This document shows positions 55,969 through 64,000 of a stretch of DNA of 64,000 nucleotides, piece by piece. The notes beneath the pieces are model-generated. The model searched no databases, was not told the DNA's origin, and saw only the letters and a program-made list of their open reading frames with translations. Origin of the DNA: a virus; the IMG/VR virus record IMGVR_UViG_3300045988_031640; one strand, written 5' to 3'. Each line of letters starts with the position of its first letter. The stretch's first letter is position 1. The position numbers and the translations under genes were made by a program.

Positions 55969-58900
55969 AATGTTCTAAATTTAGTTGTTATATAATGTAA
56001 TTGCATATCATCAGATGAAGCTTCTCCATTTACAGTGCAATATGTTGATTTACCTCTTAATCTACTACCATACAATTGATTTAATTCAGATGGATCGGCC
56101 ATTCGTGGTATAGCATATCTATAATCATAATATCTATTTGATATATCTTTAAGAGGATTTATATTTCCAGTACTGCATTTTGCCCCATCATTTACACTGT
56201 ATGAAGCATAAAACTATTTAACCATACCTTCATTAGCTCCAAATCTAACATTATCAAATACTTTAACAATATTAGGTTCAGCGTTAACAACGTAAACAAG
56301 TTTAAAATCAATGTTTTTATTAAACATTGTATGATTGTTACCACTAAGAGAATCTATATAACCAGTGTAACTATTTATAATACCATTAACATCTCTACTT
56401 TCGGTCTTATTTGCTATAAATGTATTATACTTACCAATTATACTATCACAGTGTCCACCATAACTATATTTAGATATAAATGCTTGTTGTAATTCATTAA
56501 ATACAAATACACCATCTTTTGATGTAAAGTATACTTCATTATATCTTGGATCAGCTAATACTTTGTACCTACTAATCTAATACTAACCATCTGTTCTATA
56601 TTCTTTAGATACTACTGTGTTTATATTTTTAGTAATTGATATTTGTTTATAGTCACCACCACCATTATACTGACAGAACACTGTATTAAAAGCGTCTATC
56701 CAATAAAGAGATTGTGTTGTAATGGCATATGCAAATACATTATCTTCAAGTCCAGATGTTGTAGACACATAATCATATCTACTTAATAATCCACCAGATC
56801 CTAATAAAACCTCATGATTATTATTATCAGTAACAGCTGTTCTTTCATTAACAGAGAATGCCCCAAATGACTTTTCCTACCAGAACATAAGATTATTTTT
56901 AAATCTCTTTAATCCTGTTATTTTACCATAATTTGGATCAACATCTATATAATTTGCAGCTTTAAAGTTCTACCATGAGTCTTCTAGCTCTCCGTTTTCT
57001 TTCTTTTCAGAATATCTACATCTATATGGATAAGCCTGCTTGTCTTTTGTATCATATGATATTGTAGAATATTTCTAACCTATTGTCTTAGTTAGACTAT
57101 AAGCTGTATTATATGTATACTGAGGAAGTGTCTGTTTAAATACTCCATCTACATTAGCTGGCTCTTCCTATATCCAAGAAACGTTTACATTATTAGTATT
57201 TCTACTAAACTTATAACCATGATCAATATACATATTAATAGAACTTTCTACAGGTATTGAATACTAAACATTCATAGTAGTCAATAATCCAATAGCTCTA
57301 TTTGATACTTTATGGGCTGAAGTGTATTCAAATGGACCAATGTAAGTATCACCATCGAATACATCTATATAATTATCAATATTATTATTAAACTCTTTTA
57401 TATCAGAATAACTATAATATTTACTATTATCTTTAGCTACTTTTGTATAGCCTCCATATGGAGTACAATTTCTTGTAATGTTACATAAAAATGTTCCAAA
57501 CGAACTTGCGTTTAGATAAGTTCCAGTTACTTGATTATTGTTAGAATCTCTGTATGCATATTCGTGTATTGAATTGTTTTTAAAATCTTCATTAGTTTCA
57601 TTATAATAAGGATCAGTTATTTCTTTTGTAGTAAACGTACCGTCTGATACTTTTTCAGACATAGTTAAAATATTATCAGTTCCAATCGTTTCAGTTAATA
57701 TTTTATCATTCTTTGTTAATTCTTTCTTTAATTTACCATCTATTGTAAATAACAAAGACGTACCACCAAGTGCATACATTGCAAGGTTGTTTAAATGTAT
57801 ATCATTCTTTCTAATACCTTTTGGAGTTTCGTTATATGCTCCCCAACATACAACATTACAAAAACCATGCTCTCCAACTAAGTTTAGTTTATCTGAAAAT
57901 TTCTATTCCGTTTTATCATTTTTAACTTCAAATAAATCATTCCATTTTAAAGACTCTGAAACCTATTTACTATTTATGCCATATTGATTTTTAACATCAT
58001 GTTTAACAACTTCATATCCAGCGAGTTTATAGTCTTGTGTTACATAATATGTATTGTATGGGTTTAATGGATCGTTATCGCCAACAAGTATACTATTAGA
58101 CTAATTGTATAGTTTAAAATACTGATATTTTATTCTCTATACCTATTCTATATTAGAATCATCATTACGATATACTTTAGTTTGCAATGCATTGTTTCCA
58201 GGCATCACTACAGAATATACACAATTTCTCATTAACCAATCGTGAGTATTATCAATGATAGCGTAATTTACCCCAAATATATTACTTAACTAATTATATA
58301 TATGTAAGTTATTATATAGAAATGCATTTTTTCTAAACTTATCATTATTATCGAAGTCTAATACAACATTATTCTTCTCAATTGGTTTAAATGGAGAAAA
58401 ACTATAATTATTTGAAGTTCCTTTAAAGCTTATAAATTTTGTTGCATTAAAAGGCCAATACTCGTTTTCTGTACTATCTGGCTAACCGACAATATCAATT
58501 CTCTACTTAACAGAATTAACATCTGAATTAAGAGAAAATAAATATCTTAATATATCTAATTTTACATTACTTTTATCAACAAAATCAACAATTGATTTAT
58601 TAGTGTAAGAAAATTCTGGAGATATAAACTAAAATAGATTCTAATTTGAGAAGTTGTTAATTCTATATCTAACATCTATAGTGTACTAAACAAGAGGGAC
58701 TATTAGGTGTACAGGATCTATGTTTAATCTATTTGTTGTTAAAAATCCACTTGGAGTATAATATTGATCTTTTTGTACAGAGTTGTCAGTGTACATTTTA
58801 ATTACAGGTCTTGATATAACTCCCTAAGATATAATTCTAACATCATTAGATCCTCTATTACATCTTACTATTTCATAAGAGTATATACTATCATTATCTA

Positions 58901-60665
58901 TGTCGTGTATTTTGAATTCTATACCTATTGGCATTACAGATAATTCCCTATATCTAATACCATTTATAAATGTCTAAAATCCATCTATATATATATCTGG
59001 TACAGTTATATCAGCTATCCATTTTACTGAACTTGAAACTCCTTTTTTATCTGTAAATATAATTCCATACCTATAAGTTTCTCCTCTTCGTAAAGATAAT
59101 AACGAACTGGCTACTATTGGATTTTGATAAGTGTCGTTCTTTTCATCTGATGTTCTGAACTTTGAAGCTTTTATTAATACTCCATCTTTTCTTATATAAT
59201 ATTTATAAGTATCACCACCGTTTTTACTTTTATTATTATATTTTATGCTCGACGAACTTGTGCCATGTTTCTCATAATTTAACATTGAGGAATCAGCTGG
59301 TAATATTGTTGTTATAAATCTCCAATCTATATGCTTACCAGACCCACCATAGAACTATTCGCCATTATCATTTGGGAACGTATATAAACTCTAAAGTGTA
59401 GTACTACTACCATAATCTATACCATCTTCATTTTGAGTATAAGGATTCCAACAGTCTTTTTCTTTAGTAAGTTCATCAAATTTTTCCCAATTGTTTTTCT
59501 TCACATCTTCTATAGCATATGTATTCGAGCTTCCTGGTTTTTCATTTACATTTAAAAACTATACGTATTCATTAGAACTTGCTGATATAGATACAGTATT
59601 GATATTATCAAAAGATTTATTAGTATCTCTATACTCTTTTATCTATGCTGCAAATAGATAATCATCTTTAGATTCTATAACTCTTGGTATCATATATAAT
59701 CCAAACTTAGAATTAAAATCATTTGCAGATATTTTATTTATTGAGTTATTTGAAGAATCTAAATAATAAAAATAATTTTTCTCATCAGACTCTTTAACAC
59801 TTTTAAACTTTCCATCAAATATTAAATCTATATCAGGAGTTTCAGAATTCTATTGATAATAAATTCTATATATCTTAATTAAGTCATAATTAGAATCTTT
59901 TGGAATCTATACTTTCAATTTGATTCCCATGTTGGTATAATCACCTTCTTTTGCACCATTAAATTCAGTAAAGTTATCTATAACATTAACGACATTAATT
60001 AATCTTGATAACGGAGACATTGATGTCTGCTACTTATACTTAGAATAAAACTAAAATGCGTATTGATTTTTACCAGCTTTAAGTGATCCGTATGTAAGTT
60101 CTGATATCTTTGGAGGCAATAAAGATTCAGATGAGTTAGTAGATATATCATTAATAGAAGTAGGAGGAGTATCACTCAGAACATCCATTATTAATATCTA
60201 ATGAATTCCATCAGCTATATATAGTTTAATGTTATCAGAACCTTCTTGTCTACCTACAATGCTTAATCTATTTCTGGCAATTTTATTACCATATACATCT
60301 AATTCGTATATACCCCAATCACTACATGGGCCAAATATCATTTTAATATCTTCACCTGATATTGTTTTCTTCTCTAATGGAAATCTATATACACATATTA
60401 CATCATTTATATCTTGTGTAAAGAAAATACCATACTGTCCAACTTGTGTAGTTTCTATAATCTCATCATTTATTTTAGTAGTAAAAATATTTTTAAAGCC
60501 ATCTATAACTTTAAGAGATCCTGCAGCGCTTTCTTTATTGTTTACATATCTAAGATTAAGAGCATCTCTATACTGATCATTACCTAATACATGATCAGCA
60601 GCGTCAGTATTCATTCCTCCAGAAAATGTATTTGTCTATTCATTTTGTATTTTATTAGAATCCAT
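55959..60665 (-). CDS. Tail-associated structural protein, ~1,568 aa (TAG as Gln)
   Basis: Start MDSNKIQNEQTNTFSGGMNTDAADHVLGNDQYRDALNLRYVNNKESAAGSLKVIDGFKNIF; fragments 56583, 57264, 58974, 60198 in one frame. Confidence 0.7.
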
Positions 60666-61530
60666 TGTAATAATCATTATATGTTAACTATTCTTTACCA
60701 GTATATTTAAAGAACGTATCGTCTCCATCCCAATCTGGGATAAGTTTATTCCAGTCGTTCTTTATATTCTACATATCATCAGCAGTTGGCATCATAGCTT
60801 CAGCATAAGCTTGATTTCTATAAAAGTTCCATTGCTACTGTATGTAGTTGTAAATAGTTATATTAGCACTCTTTAATTTACCTCCAAGCTACCCTTTTAA
60901 GAATTTAGGAAAACTAAGTTTCATATTTACATACCAATAAATAGCTTCTTGATATGAAGTTAAATCTGGTATAAGCGGATAGCCTCTTTCATCTGTAGCA
61001 ATTGCTTTATAAGATAGTTTAACAAAGCCATCTTTTCTATTAAATACTATCCAACCTGGCTTTATAAAGTATTCTGGTTTATCTTGATAATCATGTGTAT
61101 AAAGTAAATCAGAAAAACCATTAGTATGAGGTCTATTTATCTAAGCCTATACAGTTGGATACTTATTCTACATCTATGGTAGTTGATTCTATTGCTATTC
61201 TTCTATAGTCATATTAGACTAACTATCATCCAAGACTACAACTTTATGCTAATTGTTATGTACGCTTGGAGATTTAAATATAGATGTTTGTGTACTACAT
61301 GGTACATATACTCCATCTTTTGAGTTAGAATAAGCTACACCATCTAAATGCACTAAGTCTGAAGGTAACGGTATCTAACAATCCTGCACGCAAAATACAG
61401 GAACTCCGTCAACTCCAGACTGTCTACTGATATACTACATAGGTGCACCAATCTTATCTATGGCTTCAAAGATCCACTCTTTAATATCGCTAGTCCTCTA
61501 TCTCGTTTCAGAAGAATCTAAATCAGCCAT
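60655..61530 (-). CDS. Structural/connector protein, ~291 aa (TAG as Gln)
   Basis: MADLDSSETRQRTSDIKEWIFEAIDKIGAPMQYISRQSGVDGVPVFCVQDCQIPLPSDLV... Confidence 0.65.
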
Positions 61531-61549
61531 TATCTTAGCTATGACTGAT

Positions 61550-61996
61550 TCACATTTTGTATACTTGTATATCATTTATATTTATATAATCTGTTTTATT
61601 AAAAATTAGCTTAGCCAGTCTTCTTTTATTAGCCCTAACTAAGCTTAATTGGTATTTGTATCTATCTGGAAACGTCTGAGGTATTTTAGACCAGTGTAGT
61701 CTAAACTTATACCCGTCAGAATGTTCATTTAAATGGTATATACGTTTACCCAACTCTTTACTAACTTTATAATCTACAGATAGAGATTTATCTGTATAAG
61801 ACTTAGGTTTATATTTACCTACTTGTATATAACCTAGCCCAAAAGGCATTTTAAAGCCATCTGAGCCGTCTAATACATGTTTTAATATAATATTACACAT
61901 AGAGTCTAATATGCGCTTATACGCGACGTATGATATCTCTATGGGCAAATCTTTATACATGTCTACGAATGTTATAGACTTCTTATTCTTCATCAT
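61550..61996 (-). CDS. crAss-like conserved structural protein, ~148 aa
   Basis: MMKNKKSITFVDMYKDLPIEISYVAYKRILDSMCNIILKHVLDGSDGFKMPFGLGYIQVGKYKPK... Confidence 0.6.
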   Translation of the reverse strand: MMKNKKSITFVDMYKDLPIEISYVAYKRILDSMCNIILKHVLDGSDGFKMPFGLGYIQVGKYKPKSYTDKSLSVDYKVSKELGKRIYHLNEHSDGYKFRLHWSKIPQTFPDRYKYQLSLVRANKRRLAKLIFNKTDYININDIQVYKM

Positions 61997-62690
61997 CCTG
62001 TGGACCATGTGGTTTAACACTAGCCAATGTAGAGTTATTGCTATCATCGCTAGGTCTGCCTAACATAAATGGAAGCTCCTTAGTCATTATCATTTCCTTG
62101 ATAGGGGGCAACATCCATGCTGGTAGTTTAATATCATCTTCGCTTGGAGTATTCCAATCATCATCATTCTCATCTTCATAAATAGCTAAGACCCAAATAT
62201 TCCTAAGTTTATTTAAATCTTGATCACCTTGCACGAATATAAACCCATCTTTATAATAGGCTGTAAGTTCATGTCCAGTATATTTGCGAAAATAGTTATA
62301 ATGTCTACGAATATGATTCATATATTGTATATTCTCACCCATCTAATCATGAACTGCTAATATACTATCTTCATCGTTGTTGTATATACCTTCCAGTTTA
62401 CTCTTAGTCTTCTTTGTAAATATAGGATACTTATCTAAAGACTTAACATCCTCTAATTCTAAAGGACCAGTTTCCTTCTTATAAATATCATCTGAAGCCT
62501 ATATAAGATCGTCTATAGTTTCAGACTGAGCTTTAATCTTATCTAATCTCTGTTTAGTAAAGAACTTCTTATATTCTTTTACCCAGTTTCTTATTTGCTC
62601 TCTTGATAAGTCTTCACTCTCACTTATATTGTTATTACGAACTAGAAGTAATATATCATCTACAAACTATCTTAATGTTATGTATGTCAT
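61983..62690 (-). CDS. Structural/neck protein, ~235 aa (TAG as Gln)
   Basis: MTYITLRQFVDDILLLVRNNNISESEDLSREQIRNWVKEYKKFFTKQRLDKIKAQ...; continues through TAG at 62343-62345 into the listed 61983 ORF. Confidence 0.65.
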
Positions 62691-62691
62691 A

Positions 62692-63330
62692 TCACTTATC
62701 TATTGCTTCTATTACTCTAACATCTGAAGTCTTTATAATATCATTAGTATTTACTATCTAATACTTATACATATCAACTTTCTTGAAATCAAGAGTAAAT
62801 AGACGTTTAATAAAGCTTTTCTTATTCTTATACTATCTATGTTTGTAAACATACAGAAACTATTGATTCTTAATATCTAAGTTAACACTTACTGTATCTT
62901 TACCTATAGTATAGTTTACTTTTGTTAGAGGGTTTATTTGTATAGTATCTTTATATACTGTATCTCTTTGGATAGTTTTAATTATATCCTACCCCCTTAC
63001 CCCCTTACTTGCTGTAACGTATATAGTCTACGTTTGAGTTGCGGTTGTTTTTATAACCTTAGGTTTAAGTTTTAACTACTCTCTTACACTATCTATCTTT
63101 TGTATAAGACTATCATTAATATTTCGCAGCTAAGACATGTCAAGCTTTAAAACATTATTAGCCTACTAGGAACCGTTTAAGATACCCTAATAGGCTTCAA
63201 TGTTATTCTGAGCCATTTCTAAGCTCTTAGAGAGCCTTTTATTCTGCTTGTATATATTTATACTAAACACAACTAAAAGGCCCACCAAGAGGCTTAAAAG
63301 TGCCTTAAACGCGATCTTTTTGTGGCTCAT
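62692..63330 (-). CDS. i-spanin/Rz-like protein, ~212 aa with 10 in-frame TAG
   Basis: MSHKKIAFKALLSLLVGLLVVFSINIYKQNKRLSKSLEMAQNNIEAYQ...: N-terminal TM plus coiled coil; overlaps holin-like gene. Confidence 0.6.
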
Positions 63331-63631
63331 GAGCCAACTTAATATCATCGCACTATTCATCTGTTGCCAAATTATTATTTGTTAATATTGAGCGTATTTC
63401 GCCGAACTTTGAGTTCATGTATGCAGACACACCGAATATACTTCCAGCATAAACGAATGTTTGCGCAATATACCATAAAATACTATCCTCAATATTGTGC
63501 TTATTGAGGAAGAACGATAAAAATGCCAGCAAAATACCACTTAATACTGAAACGCTGGCCGTAATATACTGTACTACATCTTTATTATGTCTTGTCATTT
63601 TATTTCTATCTCCACTTTTCCTTTTTGACAA
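63305..63631 (-). CDS. Holin-like protein, ~108 aa (one in-frame TAG)
   Basis: Two TM segments (VVQYITASVSVLSGILLAFLSFFL, DSILWYIAQTFVYAGSIFGVSAYM); past TAG at 63353 continues QCDDIKLAHEPQKDRV*. Confidence 0.6.
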
Positions 63632-64000
63632 GCATTTTTTATAATCGGGTATAACTTATTAACGAACTCTTTTGAGTTTATAACTTTTCCTGTAACCTTA
63701 TTCTACCCTAAGAGAATACACCCATCAGTATCTTCATGTGAGTTACCAGCGTGAATCAATACTCCAGCAAATGATTTAACATTTAAAAGCCTTGGAGTGT
63801 ATCTTTTGAATCTTGGGGAATAAGCCCACACAACCTCATATTTACCATATGGGATTGCGGTTCTTCCATGCACCTTAGTTTCTCCGTTATCAAAAATACC
63901 GTTTTTGTTAATATCTCTTACCTTATCTTCTAATGTATCACAAAAGTATACACCATCTACATATAGTTTACCTATTGTGTATGTATCACGTAAAGCAATA
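63595..64000 (-). CDS. DUF5675-like protein (partial at window end)
   Basis: IPYGKYEVVWAYSPRFKRYTPRLLNVKSFAGVLIHAGNSHEDTDGCILLG[TAG]NKVTG; conserved motif spans TAG at 63703-63705. Confidence 0.75.

Noticed and set aside
29174-62690. Interpretation of the fragmented - strand ORFs as pseudogenes or poor assembly
   Set aside because: Fragments stay in the same frame over thousands of bases, and the breaks I inspected are TAG rather than TAA/TGA or frameshifts.
1-64000. CRISPR array or insertion sequence
   Set aside because: No regularly spaced direct repeats or transposase-like ORFs were seen.

Overview
The window looks like part of a crAss-like (Bacteroidota-infecting) dsDNA phage genome with two convergent arms. 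The + strand (about 1-29.1 kb) holds many small early genes plus a replication module: family B DNA polymerase, DnaB-like helicase, RecA-fold ATPase, SSB-like protein, DNA primase, DUF1064-like nuclease, AAA ATPase, HNH homing endonuclease and PD-(D/E)XK exonuclease. It also encodes an ECF-type sigma factor and long non-coding, hairpin-rich tracts containing tRNA and tRNA-like elements. The - strand (about 29.17-64 kb) is a late/virion and lysis arm. It appears broken into short ORFs, but every fragment of a gene lies in one frame and my hand translations of parts of the arm are interrupted only by TAG. Read with TAG as glutamine (code 15) it resolves into about 11 genes, including a ~5,663-aa protein carrying a DFDVD RNA-polymerase-like motif and an HEAWH zincin motif, and a ~1,885-aa protein with an HEIVH motif. 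The early arm uses TAG as a normal stop. The arms meet at a shared-type terminator near 29.13-29.17 kb. The most unusual signals are: (1) a circularly permuted tmRNA gene (acceptor piece ~8255-8317 upstream of coding piece ~8396-8540) with matching acceptor and P2 strands; (2) two ~43-nt elements consisting only of acceptor stem, an 11-nt linker and a T-arm, directly upstream of the DNA polymerase and primase genes, plus longer tRNA-like elements with non-canonical anticodon arms, suggesting tRNA punctuation by RNase P/Z; (3) arm-specific stop-codon use; (4) a leader motif TTTAAATCATTATCAAAATG fused to start codons of six early genes; (5) a ~2.2-kb non-coding structured tract. All calls are from reading by eye and no searches were run.
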